Assembly (NCBI GenBank): GCA_963666365.2
Contig: CAXXNF010000002.1
Span: forward strand, 1,280,001-1,344,000
DNA length: 64,000 bases
From: Syntrophales bacterium
GTDB taxonomy: Bacteria > Desulfobacterota > Syntrophia > Syntrophales > UBA2210
Direction: 5' to 3'
In this document: one piece after another, positions 31,463 through 41,030 of the stretch
How the letters are laid out: every line of letters starts with the position of its first letter
How positions within the stretch are numbered: the first letter of the stretch is position 1
Made by a program: the position numbers and the translations under genes
The notes under the pieces: model-generated
The model's database searches: none
What the model saw: the letters and a program-made list of their open reading frames with translations, nothing else
What the model was told of the DNA's origin: nothing

Positions 31463-32473
31463 ATGACCAACGAAATCATCCTCTACAGCTCCCCTGAAGG
31501 TAACAAGAAAGTCGGCGTCTTGTATCATGATGAGAATTTCTGGCTGACCCAGAAGGCCATTGCCCAATTGTTCAACGTGGAAGTCCCGGCTATCAGCAAA
31601 CATTTGGGAAATATATACGAGACAGGAGAGTTGGAACGTGAGGCAACTATTTCCATTTTGGAAACAGTTCGCGCAGAGGGCAACCGCAACGTCAAACGGA
31701 AGCTGGAATATTACAACCTCGACGCCATCATTGCACTCGGGTACCGGGTGAACAGCTATCAGGCCACCCAGTTCCGCATTTGGGCGACGAACACCCTGAA
31801 GGAATTCATCATCAAGGGATTTGTGCTGGATGATGAACGGCTCAAACAGGGGAAGCATTTCGGCAAGGACTATTTCGATGAGCTTCTGGAGCGGATTCGT
31901 GAAATCCGGGCCAGCGAGCGCCGGTTTTACCAGAAAATAACCGACATTTACGCGCTTTCGGCAGACTATGACAGAAACGCCCCCATTACTCAGGAATTTT
32001 TCGCGACGGTGCAGAATACACTGCATTGGGCCATTACCGGTAAAACCGCCGCTGAAATCATCTATGACTCGGCGGATGCCAAAAAAATGCACATGGGGCT
32101 TACAAGCTGGAAGGAGGCGCCTGATGGGAAAATCCTCAAATCCGATGTCTCCATTGCCAAAAATTATCTGAGTGAAGCACACATCAGAGAATTGAACCGG
32201 ATTGTGACCGCCTACCTCGACCTTGCCGAAAATCGGGCTGAACGGCAGATTGTCATGAAGATGAAAGACTGGGTTCAATTTCTCCACAGTTTTCTTGAGC
32301 TTTCCAACTACCCGATTCTCAAGGATAAAGGAAAGGTCAGCGCTCTGGAGGCCAAATTGAAGGCCGAGCAGGAATACGAAACGTACAGAAGGCGACAGGA
32401 TCTGGAATATATTTCAGATTTCGACCGGGAAATTAAGCGCCTTAAGGATCCTCAAGAGGGAGACGATGAATAA
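31463..32473 (+). CDS. rhuM: RhuM-family (Virulence_RhuM) protein
   Basis: [67 protein letters not shown]. Confidence 0.92.
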   Translation: MTNEIILYSSPEGNKKVGVLYHDENFWLTQKAIAQLFNVEVPAISKHLGNIYETGELEREATISILETVRAEGNRNVKRKLEYYNLDAIIALGYRVNSYQATQFRIWATNTLKEFIIKGFVLDDERLKQGKHFGKDYFDELLERIREIRASERRFYQKITDIYALSADYDRNAPITQEFFATVQNTLHWAITGKTAAEIIYDSADAKKMHMGLTSWKEAPDGKILKSDVSIAKNYLSEAHIRELNRIVTAYLDLAENRAERQIVMKMKDWVQFLHSFLELSNYPILKDKGKVSALEAKLKAEQEYETYRRRQDLEYISDFDREIKRLKDPQEGDDE

Positions 32474-35400
32474 AACCTCCGAAAACGCCTTGGAACAAAC
32501 CGCCCTCGACTGGTTTGAGTCATTGGGCTGGCAGACCGCCTTCGGCCCGGACATCGGCTTTGAAGGTCCATCCTGTGAACGCCGGTATTACGACCAGGTC
32601 GTCTTAACTGACAGGCTTCAGACCGCGCTTGTGAATATCAATCCGAACATCCCACCGGATGCTATTGAAGAAGCTATTCGAAAAATTGAAAGGGCCGAAT
32701 CCCCCAGCCTGATTGAAAACAACCGGCGTTTTCATCGAATGCTGACTGATGGCGTGGATATTTCCTACATGCAGGATGGCCGCGAGGTTCATAACAAAGT
32801 CTGGCTGTTCGATCTTAAGGACCTGAAGAACAACGATTGGCTTGCTGTTAATCAATTTACCGTGATCGAGGATCGCAGAAATCGGCGGCCCGACATTGTA
32901 ATTTTCGTCAACGGACTGCCCCTTGGAGTGATCGAGCTTAAGAATCCCGCCGATGAGAAGGCCACCATCCGCCATGCGTACAACCAGCTTCAGACTTACA
33001 AGAGCGATATTCCCGGCCTCTTCATCTACAACGAATTGCTGGTGATTTCCGATGGTCTGGAGGCCCGGGGCGGAACGCTCACGAGCGGCTGGGACCGGTT
33101 CATGCCCTGGCGTACCATTGACGGGAAGGATGTCGCTCCGCGAGGCTCTGTGGAACTGGAAGTGCTCATCAAGGGAATTTTCGACAAGCGGCGTTTTCTC
33201 GATCTTCTATTGAACTTCATTGTATTTGAAGATGACGGAGCCACAGTTATTAAGAAGACGGCTGCCTACCACCAGTTTCATGCCGTGAATAAAGCAGTGG
33301 ATTGCACCTTGTCGGCCTGCGGGATCGAGGCAGAGCCCGGACAGTTATACGCCGAATTTCCCGAACTCGATGAACTGAATCCATTTACGGCGAAAGATTC
33401 AGGCACACAGAGCGGGAAGGAAACGACGCAATTCGGCGGGCGTCGCATCGGGGTAATCTGGCATACCCAGGGAAGTGGAAAAAGTCTGTTAATGGCATTC
33501 TTCGCCGGAAAAGTGATCCGCCATCCCGCCATGGAGAATCCGACGCTGCTTGTTATTACGGACCGAAATGATCTTGATGACCAGCTCTTCGGCACATTTT
33601 CTTCATGCCGCGATCTTTTACGCCAAACACCCGTACAGGCCGAAAGCAGGGATCATTTAAAAGAACTGCTGCAAGTTCCCGCCGGCGGAGTAATATTTAC
33701 AACAATCCAGAAATTCATGCCCGATGCCAAAGGAGAACAATACCCTCTTTTATCTGAGAGGCGGAACATCGTTGTTATAGCCGACGAAGCGCACCGCAGC
33801 CAATACGACTTCATCGACGGATTCGCGCGTCACATGCACGATGCACTGCCTAAAGCGTCATTCATAGGATTTACAGGGACGCCTATCGAGCGCGACGACC
33901 GCAGCACACCGGCGGTATTCGGGAATTACATAGATAAATATGACATCCTGAGAGCGGTGGAAGACGGCGCGACCGTACCCATTTTTTACGAAGGCAGGCT
34001 GGCAAAGATTGACCTGCGGGAAGAAGAAAAACCGACCATAGATCCTGAGTTCGATGAGATCACGGAAGGCGAAGAAGAATCGGAAAAACAGAAGCTGCGC
34101 ACCAAGTGGGCGGCTCTTGAAGCGATGGTCGGGACGGAAAAACGAATCTCGCTTGTCGCGGAGGATCTGGTAACGCACTTCGAAAATCGCCTGCAGGCCT
34201 TGGACGGCAAGGCCATGATTGTCTGTATGAGTCGTCGAATCTGTGTGGATATGTACAACGCCGTCGTGAAGCTGCGTCCTGACTGGCACAGCGGTGACGA
34301 CGACAAGGGCGTGCTGAAGATCGTCATGTCCGGATCGGCATCGGATCGTGTTGAATGGCAGCCCCATATCCGCAACAAACTGCGCCGCGAAGAGCTGGCC
34401 AAGAGATTCAAAGATCCGGGCGATCCCATGAAAGTGGTAATTGTGCGGGATATGTGGCTGACCGGCTTCGACTGCCCGTCACTGCATACCATGTACGTTG
34501 ATAAGCCGATGCGCGGGCACGGCCTGATGCAGGCAATCGCCAGAGTTAATCGGGTATTTAAAGACAAGCCCGGTGGGTTGGTAGTCGATTATATAGGAAT
34601 CGCATACCATTTAAAACAGGCCCTGGCCGACTATACTGAGGCGGGTGGTCGCGGAAAGGCGACGATCAATCAGGAAGAAGCCGTGGCGATAATGCTGGAA
34701 AAGTATGATATTGTGGTCGCCATGCTCCACGGTTTCGATTATATCTCGCTTCTCCAGGCAGAACCGGCAGTAAGAATTGCCGGTATCAGGGCCGCCATGG
34801 AACACATCCTTCAACTTGAAGACGGCAAGAAGCGGTACCTTGAGGAGGTAATGGCCCTGTCGAAGGCCTTTGCACTTTCGGTTCCCCATGAGGAAGCGCT
34901 CAGGATTCGCGATGAGATACGATTCTTCCAGGAAGTGCGCGCCGGCTTGGCCAAATCTACCGTCGAAGGCGAAGGCAAGACCATTGAAGAGATGGATACC
35001 GCGATTCGCCAACTGGTATCCCGAGCTGTGGTATCTGATGAGGTCATTGATATTTTTGCGGTGGCGGGATTGAAGAAGCCGGACATTTCGATATTGTCGG
35101 ACGACTTCCTCCAGGAAGTCCGTCAAATGCCTCATCGGAATCTTGCCGTCGAGGTGCTGAGAAAGCTCCTGAACGACGAAATAAAAACGAGATCACGCAA
35201 AAACATCGTCCAGGCGCGTTCTTTTGCGGAGATGCTGGAGAATGCCGTCCGGAAATATAAAAACAGGGCAATTGAAGCCGCACAGGTCATCGAGGAACTC
35301 ATCGAACTTGCCAGGGAAATGCGGGAGGCGCAGAAGCGGGGTGACGATCTCGGCATGACCGAGGATGAAGTTGCGTTTTATGATGCCCTGGAAGTCAATG

Positions 35401-35642
35401 ACAGTGCAGTCAAGGTCTTGGGAGACGAAACGCTGAAAACTATCGCCCATGAGTTGGTCGAAGCGGTCCAACGAAGCGTCACGATTGATTGGACCGTCCG
35501 CGATAATGCCCGCGCACAGATCCGGGTAATCGTGAAGCGCATCCTGCGTAAATACGGCTATCCCCCGGACAAGCAGGAAAAGGCGACGCAGACTGTGCTG
35601 GAGCAGGCAGAAGTTCTATGCAAAGAGTGGATGGCTGCGTGA
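32466..35642 (+). CDS. hsdR: Type I RM restriction subunit
   Basis: RPDIV...IELK nuclease, [34 protein letters not shown]. Confidence 0.97.
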   Translation: MNKTSENALEQTALDWFESLGWQTAFGPDIGFEGPSCERRYYDQVVLTDRLQTALVNINPNIPPDAIEEAIRKIERAESPSLIENNRRFHRMLTDGVDISYMQDGREVHNKVWLFDLKDLKNNDWLAVNQFTVIEDRRNRRPDIVIFVNGLPLGVIELKNPADEKATIRHAYNQLQTYKSDIPGLFIYNELLVISDGLEARGGTLTSGWDRFMPWRTIDGKDVAPRGSVELEVLIKGIFDKRRFLDLLLNFIVFEDDGATVIKKTAAYHQFHAVNKAVDCTLSACGIEAEPGQLYAEFPELDELNPFTAKDSGTQSGKETTQFGGRRIGVIWHTQGSGKSLLMAFFAGKVIRHPAMENPTLLVITDRNDLDDQLFGTFSSCRDLLRQTPVQAESRDHLKELLQVPAGGVIFTTIQKFMPDAKGEQYPLLSERRNIVVIADEAHRSQYDFIDGFARHMHDALPKASFIGFTGTPIERDDRSTPAVFGNYIDKYDILRAVEDGATVPIFYEGRLAKIDLREEEKPTIDPEFDEITEGEEESEKQKLRTKWAALEAMVGTEKRISLVAEDLVTHFENRLQALDGKAMIVCMSRRICVDMYNAVVKLRPDWHSGDDDKGVLKIVMSGSASDRVEWQPHIRNKLRREELAKRFKDPGDPMKVVIVRDMWLTGFDCPSLHTMYVDKPMRGHGLMQAIARVNRVFKDKPGGLVVDYIGIAYHLKQALADYTEAGGRGKATINQEEAVAIMLEKYDIVVAMLHGFDYISLLQAEPAVRIAGIRAAMEHILQLEDGKKRYLEEVMALSKAFALSVPHEEALRIRDEIRFFQEVRAGLAKSTVEGEGKTIEEMDTAIRQLVSRAVVSDEVIDIFAVAGLKKPDISILSDDFLQEVRQMPHRNLAVEVLRKLLNDEIKTRSRKNIVQARSFAEMLENAVRKYKNRAIEAAQVIEELIELAREMREAQKRGDDLGMTEDEVAFYDALEVNDSAVKVLGDETLKTIAHELVEAVQRSVTIDWTVRDNARAQIRVIVKRILRKYGYPPDKQEKATQTVLEQAEVLCKEWMAA

Positions 35643-35651
35643 ATAATTTTT

Positions 35652-36218
35652 TTACTTTATTCCCCTTGTATCGAGGTATGTTTTCACATTGTGTGTCACC
35701 GCAATTACCATCCGAGAACCGGTCATGATTGCGTAGACGTCCTGTTCGTTCCCGCAGTGTTTCGCAAATTCGGGGCCTATGACTGCAGCCGGTTCGGGGG
35801 CACCCGGCTTCCTTACGACGGCATCAAGGTACCTGTCCAGTCGCTCTCTCAATACCTGGAAATAATCGATCTTCCGACCCGTCATAAGGTCCAGCTTTGA
35901 GGACAACTCCCCCGAAAATTCATGTACCGCCTTCCAATAGCGCTCCCCCACCGGATTCTTATGGGGGCTTTTTTCAAGAAAGTAAGAAATGCTCCAGCCC
36001 ACCATTACGATCTTCAGTATCTGAAGCTCATATTCCACGGTGGGGCGTGCAACAGTTGCCTCTTCAGGCAGACATGCCATCAATGTCTTTATGTCCTCAC
36101 GATTAATCGCAAAATGAAAAAGTTCCTCTCCCGCGTGTTCAACAACCGATTGTTCCATAGCCTGCAACATCCTTTTTTCAATTGTTCGGCACTGCGCACC
36201 CGCACATACGGCACTCAC
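35652..36218 (-). CDS. Hypothetical protein (true start probably downstream, near 36159-36170)
   Basis: Long ORF filling the gap between hsdR and slyD; protein-like composition. Confidence 0.6.
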   Translation of the reverse strand: MSAVCAGAQCRTIEKRMLQAMEQSVVEHAGEELFHFAINREDIKTLMACLPEEATVARPTVEYELQILKIVMVGWSISYFLEKSPHKNPVGERYWKAVHEFSGELSSKLDLMTGRKIDYFQVLRERLDRYLDAVVRKPGAPEPAAVIGPEFAKHCGNEQDVYAIMTGSRMVIAVTHNVKTYLDTRGIK

Positions 36219-36320
36219 ACGTCCTTACCACAGTCTTTCATCCCATGAAAGCACTCTCGGACATTGACCTTGACTTTTCGAGATTTTCTATACTAGGCTT
36301 TCAGGAAGGAGGAAAACAAT

Positions 36321-36788
36321 ATGCAGGAAACAATAGTAAAACAGGGTGATACGATCAGCGTCAACTATACGGGCAGATATCAGCAAAACGGTGAAGTATT
36401 CGATACTTCCCATGGTCGTGAGCCCTTGAAATTCACCGTTGGCGCCGGTCAGCTCATACAAGGATTCGACAGCGCCGTCATCGGCATGACGGCAGGCGAA
36501 AAACGGACCGTCACCGTATCGCCTGAAGAAGGGTATGGCGACCATCGGGAAGAAATGGTATTCGATATTCCCCGAGACCGCATTCCCGAAGACATGGAGC
36601 TTCAACCGGGCATGATGCTGCAATTATCGGATGAGCAGGGAAACAAAATTCCTGCCGTGGTAGCGGCACTTCTTGATGATACAGTCAAAATGGATGCAAA
36701 CCATCCGCTGGCGGGAAAGACGCTCGAATTCGAAATCGAAGTGGTTGAAACCGGACTCACCCCCGATCCGTCCTGCGGCACTTCTTGA
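36321..36788 (+). CDS. slyD: FKBP-type peptidyl-prolyl isomerase SlyD, with the Cys-rich tail displaced by a duplication
   Basis: VNYTG, FDTS..REPL.F.VG.GQLI.GF, DANHPLAGKTL.F; tail CGTAGGCAGCSGC now lies in another frame ending at 36927. Confidence 0.9.
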   Translation: MQETIVKQGDTISVNYTGRYQQNGEVFDTSHGREPLKFTVGAGQLIQGFDSAVIGMTAGEKRTVTVSPEEGYGDHREEMVFDIPRDRIPEDMELQPGMMLQLSDEQGNKIPAVVAALLDDTVKMDANHPLAGKTLEFEIEVVETGLTPDPSCGTS

Positions 36789-36894
36789 TGATACAGTCAA
36801 AATGGATGCAAACCATCCGCTGGCGGGAAAGACGCTCGAATTCGAAATCGAAGTGGTTGAAACCGGACTCACCCCCGATCCGTCCTGCGGCACT
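36663..36894. repeat. Perfect 112-bp tandem duplication bounded by GCGGCACT microhomology
   Basis: GCGGCACT at 36663, 36775 and 36887; units 36663-36774 and 36775-36886 read identical. Confidence 0.95.
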
Positions 36895-36934
36895 GCCGGA
36901 GGATGCGCAGGGTGCAGCGGCTGTTAAGATACTG

Positions 36935-36973
36935 CAGGGAAACGCCGGACTGCGGCGTTTCCCTGTTCTTCTT
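36935..36973 (+). terminator. Intrinsic terminator after slyD
   Basis: CAGGGAAACGCCG-GACTG-CGGCGTTTCCCTG followed by TTCTTCTT. Confidence 0.8.
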
Positions 36974-37010
36974 CTTAACGGCACATCTATCCATATGCAG
37001 GTCTCGTTGA

Positions 37011-37664
37011 TCAGAGTCCCACGTCCTCGTTGACCAGAATAACCTTGATACGCCCCTTGGGAAATGATTTTTCCGTGATTGTCCAGATATTGCAGATGCG
37101 GCTCGGGCTCTTGCAGTCTTCGCAGCAGGAGGTGGTGGCGCAAGGCGTGGCGAATCCCAGTCTCATCGCATTTGCCGGCGCCGCGTAGTGTTTAATGCGC
37201 ACCATCGCCTCCTCAAGGGTCGAAACGATCTTATTGCGGCCCGCCACAATGATAACATTCCGGGGACCGAAGGTAATCGCTGCCACGCGGTTCCCGATCA
37301 TGTCGCAATTGACAAGCGCCCCGTCCTCCGTGACCGCGTTTGTCCCGGTAACGAAAAGATCAGCCAGCAGCGCCCGACGTCTCCGTTCCACCACCTCGTC
37401 CCTCGAAATACTCCGGTCATAGGTATCGATGACGTCAAAACCGAAACGCTCCTCTTTCAGAGGCTCGTAGAGTCCTGCGGTCGTAATCGTCATTGATCCG
37501 CCCCAGGCAACGCTTTTCGCATCGATTGAGGGGATAATATCGTCAAAGACAATCGATCGGACATTGTCTAGGTTTTCAGCGACGTGCACATCAAAATTAT
37601 TGCCCTCCAGGGCATCCTTGACGTGATCAAGACGTATCTTCCAGAATTTTTTAATGGGATCCAC
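37011..37664 (-). CDS. LUD-domain (LutC/YkgG-like) protein
   Basis: GGSMT, TGTNAVTEDG.LVN.D..GNRVA, GRNKIV, C...SCCEDCKSPSRIC. Confidence 0.88.
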   Translation of the reverse strand: MDPIKKFWKIRLDHVKDALEGNNFDVHVAENLDNVRSIVFDDIIPSIDAKSVAWGGSMTITTAGLYEPLKEERFGFDVIDTYDRSISRDEVVERRRRALLADLFVTGTNAVTEDGALVNCDMIGNRVAAITFGPRNVIIVAGRNKIVSTLEEAMVRIKHYAAPANAMRLGFATPCATTSCCEDCKSPSRICNIWTITEKSFPKGRIKVILVNEDVGL

Positions 37665-37703
37665 AACAGTACACCTCTTTCCGTTATTTGATCAGCAATA
37701 TAT

Positions 37704-38555
37704 TCACTTTTTTTTGATTATGGGAATGAACCGCATCAACATTACCACTCCAAGGTAAACGGCGCCGGCAAGAACGATTGTGGTAGCGCCTGCGGGAAGG
37801 TCCGGCCCGTAGCTCACTGCAAGACCGAGCGTGGTAAAGACCGCAGTAATGAATATCGAACAGATCATCAATGTCCACAGACGCCGTGTAAACTGGCCGG
37901 CCACGGCAACGGGAATCGTGAGCAGTGCGATCACCATGACGATCCCCACGACAGTCACCAGCAGCACCACTGTAAGGGCGGTAAGACAGAGGAGGAGAAG
38001 GTAATACATCTCCACTCGAATGCCTCGAAGCCGTGCAAACTCCTCGTCGAAGCAGACAGCCAGCAGCTGGTTGTAAAAAAGAATGCCTAAGGCAATGATC
38101 AGAAGGTCGAGCCCCGCAATCAGCCAGAGATCCCCTGACGAAACCATCAGGATATTGCCAAAAAGATAGCTCATAAGGTTTTCGCTGTACCCCGGCGTTT
38201 TAAAAATAAAGAGAATTCCCACGGCCATGCCGATGGCCCATACGGCGCCGATGACCGTATCTTCGCGCTGTTTTGCACGGAGGCTTACCAGGCCGATGAC
38301 AATTGCCGCAACAAGGGCTGCCAGAACGGCGCCGTAGAGCGGATTGACCCACTCACAATGAAAAACTACCTGACAATAGCGCGCCGCCCCAAGTCCGGCA
38401 AGGACACTGTGGGCAATGCTTCCGGCAATATAGGTGATGCGGCGCGTCACCACATAACTTCCGATCACTCCACAGGCGACGCTTGCCAGCAGTCCTGTCA
38501 CCAGGGCATATTGAAGGAATTTCTGGTGCTGCAGATCGACAAAAAATTCACACAC
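37704..38555 (-). CDS. Metal ABC transporter permease (ZnuB-like)
   Basis: GSYVVTRRI, SYLFGNIL, FDEEFARLRG, VVGIVMVIALL; GTG start after GGAGG. Confidence 0.92.
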   Translation of the reverse strand: MCEFFVDLQHQKFLQYALVTGLLASVACGVIGSYVVTRRITYIAGSIAHSVLAGLGAARYCQVVFHCEWVNPLYGAVLAALVAAIVIGLVSLRAKQREDTVIGAVWAIGMAVGILFIFKTPGYSENLMSYLFGNILMVSSGDLWLIAGLDLLIIALGILFYNQLLAVCFDEEFARLRGIRVEMYYLLLLCLTALTVVLLVTVVGIVMVIALLTIPVAVAGQFTRRLWTLMICSIFITAVFTTLGLAVSYGPDLPAGATTIVLAGAVYLGVVMLMRFIPIIKKK

Positions 38556-39321
38556 AGGAATGTCCTCCCTGCCCTGTTGCGTCGTGACGTACCATGCGTA
38601 CATCGGAGCCGTAAATCTCGCTGATCATCTCACCGGTGATTTCACTGGTGGGATGCACCACCACTTTCCGGTTTACGCAGGCGACGTTTTTCACGTAATT
38701 CGACACAAAGCCTATATCGTGGGTCACCACAATGACGGGCGCCTTCGTATTCAGCTCGCTCAGAACCTCAAAAAGCTCCCGTTCAATGGCCATATCCACA
38801 TTGGACGTGGGCTCGTCAAGTATGAGGAGCTCCGGTTCGACGACAAGTGCACGGGCGATCAGTACTCTTTGCCGCTGTCCGCCCGACAGTTCCGAAAAAG
38901 GACGGTCCTGCACATTTTCCATTTCAAGCAGCTTCAGCGCTTCACGGGCCTTCACCTTTTCAGCCTGCCCATAAAACCCCCATTGCCGCCCCCTCCCCAG
39001 ATGGCCCATCATAACAACATCAATCACACTGACGGGAAAGTGAAGGTCGAGAGAGGCGTTCTGCGGCATATAGCCGACACGGGAGCGGGCCTTCTCAGGC
39101 GGCACACCGAAGACCCTGACGGTTCCCCGCTGCGGCGTGATCAATCCCAGCATCAGCTTTACAAGCGTCGTTTTCCCTCCCGCATTGGGACCGACAATCG
39201 AGAGAAAATCTCTTCCCCGCACCGTCAGATTCACGTTTTCGAGAACGGTCGCGCCATTATAGGCAAAGGAGAGATCCCTGATTTCAACAATCACCTCGTC
39301 ATCGCTGCCGGTTGGTTTCAT
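38548..39321 (-). CDS. Metal ABC transporter ATPase (ZnuC-like)
   Basis: GPNAGGKTT, LSGGQRQR, LDEPT, VTHD, ACVN. Confidence 0.93.
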   Translation of the reverse strand: MKPTGSDDEVIVEIRDLSFAYNGATVLENVNLTVRGRDFLSIVGPNAGGKTTLVKLMLGLITPQRGTVRVFGVPPEKARSRVGYMPQNASLDLHFPVSVIDVVMMGHLGRGRQWGFYGQAEKVKAREALKLLEMENVQDRPFSELSGGQRQRVLIARALVVEPELLILDEPTSNVDMAIERELFEVLSELNTKAPVIVVTHDIGFVSNYVKNVACVNRKVVVHPTSEITGEMISEIYGSDVRMVRHDATGQGGHSCV

Positions 39322-40214
39322 GACCGATCACCCCCTACCGGCTGTAGCGCCTTTTCTTTTTCCTGCGTCAGCGCCGAGCGTATCGCTTCGGCCATATCCT
39401 GAAGATTCTGCATGTACTGTTGCGGCAGCGGATCCATGGGCACCACAACGCCCCCGATCTCCCTTGCAATAACCGCCGCGTAGCGCCTTGAAAACTGAGG
39501 CTGCACAAATATCACCTTCACGCCATCTTTCCGGGCGCCGTCAATCAGCCGGGCAAGCTGTTTCGGACTGGGTTCTTTGCCGCCGGTCTCAACGGCGACC
39601 TGCCGAAGTCCATAGGTATGGGCGAAATAGCCAAAGGCAGGATGAAACACATAGAGCGTGCGGCCCCGCAGGGGCTTCAGAATTTTCGTAATTTTCTTGT
39701 GCAGATTGTCGAGATCCTCTTCAAAGCCGGCAAGGTTCTTCCTGTACCGATCCGCATGTTTCGGATCAACATCGGCAAGGGCGTCGCATATGGTGCGCGC
39801 CTGTATCCTGACCCGCACCGGGTCGAGCCAGATGTGCGGATCGGCCCTGCCCCCCTGCTCCTTTTCGCCAAAATATAGGAGTGCAATATTTTTTCTGGTA
39901 TCGACAATCCTCAGCCGCGGGAAATTCCGGGCTATTGTATCGATAAAACCTTCTTCAAAGGTTGTTCCGATACGAAAATATAGTGCCGCATTTCCAAGGT
40001 CCGCCATCTGCCTGGGAGAGGGCTCATAGGTAGCCGGCGATTGTCCCGGTCCGACGAGGACATCGACGTGCACCAGCGAACCGCCGATGCGTTCCACAAA
40101 ATATGCCTGCGGCAAAATGCTCACGAACACCTCTATCGTCGCTGCATGAAGTCCCGTCGCATTCATGCAGAAGAATGCCACAATGGTCCATATGCCAGGC
40201 AGGATTCTTCTCAT
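39318..40214 (-). CDS. Metal ABC transporter substrate-binding protein (ZnuA/TroA family)
   Basis: VSILPQ, SPATYEP, DPHIWLDP, HPAFGYF, GKEP, DPL. Confidence 0.92.
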   Translation of the reverse strand: MRRILPGIWTIVAFFCMNATGLHAATIEVFVSILPQAYFVERIGGSLVHVDVLVGPGQSPATYEPSPRQMADLGNAALYFRIGTTFEEGFIDTIARNFPRLRIVDTRKNIALLYFGEKEQGGRADPHIWLDPVRVRIQARTICDALADVDPKHADRYRKNLAGFEEDLDNLHKKITKILKPLRGRTLYVFHPAFGYFAHTYGLRQVAVETGGKEPSPKQLARLIDGARKDGVKVIFVQPQFSRRYAAVIAREIGGVVVPMDPLPQQYMQNLQDMAEAIRSALTQEKEKALQPVGGDRS

Positions 40215-40223
40215 CCCTGCTCC

Positions 40224-40481
40224 TCAATGATCTCGAGCACATACGAGATAATTCTCATTGCATTCGTTGCACCGTTTTATGGAATGAGCAGCAGTAAACT
40301 CTTTCCAATGGCGGCATTGATTCGGCGTCAGCATACCGCGGCCGTTGCAGAGAGGACAGATCGCCCCCAAAGCAGTGACAACCGCCTGCCTGATAAATGC
40401 CGACCGGTTGGGAATGTCTTTCATAACTTCCATCAGTTCCTCATCCACTTTAAACGTAATAATCCCTTGTTTTTTTTTCAT
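40224..40481 (-). CDS. Ribbon-helix-helix regulator with Cys/His-rich C-terminal domain
   Basis: IITFKVD...NRSAFIRQAV (RHH), then CPLC...C.HW...H...CNEC.....C; first gene of the metal ABC operon. Confidence 0.8.
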   Translation of the reverse strand: MKKKQGIITFKVDEELMEVMKDIPNRSAFIRQAVVTALGAICPLCNGRGMLTPNQCRHWKEFTAAHSIKRCNECNENYLVCARDH

Positions 40482-40504
40482 AATGGACAGTCCCTCCCAG
40501 ACAT

Positions 40505-40532
40505 AAAGTATCATGATAATACTTTGTAATAC
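40505..40532. promoter_or_regulatory. Inverted repeat AAAGTAT-N7-ATACTTT plus TAATAC repeat, candidate operator
   Basis: 24 bp upstream of the RHH regulator start. Confidence 0.55.
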
Positions 40533-40577
40533 CCATGTCAAACAAAAGAAATGTTCTGTGATACAAGGGCCAGGGCG

Positions 40578-40964
40578 TCAGCGCACCTCTGCGCCCCGTC
40601 CGACAAGGAGATCTCTGAGTATTGACCGATGGCATCTCGCCTCGTTTTCACAGTAACATCCGAGCGAAAAATTAGTGTGGTGGGAAAACGCCGCCAGCAG
40701 ATCGAGGTCTCTGCCGGCGGCGGAACGACTCATCTCTGCGCGAAATTTTCTTTCAAATGCTGCCCATTCACGATCATCGGCAACGCTTTTTCCTTCTTTA
40801 ATCAGTTCTGCGCTGGGAGATAAATTGGGAAACCATAAATCGTAAAAATTCCGCGAGGCAAATTCCTTCTTCGGAACTCCCCTCGGCGGTCGTCGAACCG
40901 TGCCCAGTCTCAGGCCTTCATCCTTTTCTCTTGCACTACCCAGTCGCACTATTCGTATCGCCAT
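40578..40964 (-). CDS. DUF488 (YeaO-like) protein
   Basis: VRRPPRGV.K, W.PNLSPS.EL, LGCYCENEARCHRSIL. Confidence 0.85.
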   Translation of the reverse strand: MAIRIVRLGSAREKDEGLRLGTVRRPPRGVPKKEFASRNFYDLWFPNLSPSAELIKEGKSVADDREWAAFERKFRAEMSRSAAGRDLDLLAAFSHHTNFSLGCYCENEARCHRSILRDLLVGRGAEVR

Positions 40965-41030
40965 ATATTCCCCTCTTTTCAAAAACGATTAATCGTAAGG
41001 TAGCACAGTAACGTTCTAAAAAAGCTGCCA

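Larger units (their letters stand above)
24859..35642. mobile_element. tRNA-anchored defence island with no integrase visible (probably decayed)
   Basis: Co-oriented defence genes start right after tRNA-Arg; AT-rich segments; CCTTGCTACCA direct repeat at 24906-24927. Confidence 0.6.

Noticed and set aside
35643..35700. Expected second att copy of the tRNA 3' end at the island's right border
   Set aside because: None seen by eye; the right boundary is inferred only from gene content.
36663..36894. Repeat considered as a CRISPR array or a second slyD gene
   Set aside because: Two adjacent identical coding units with no spacers; no cas genes.
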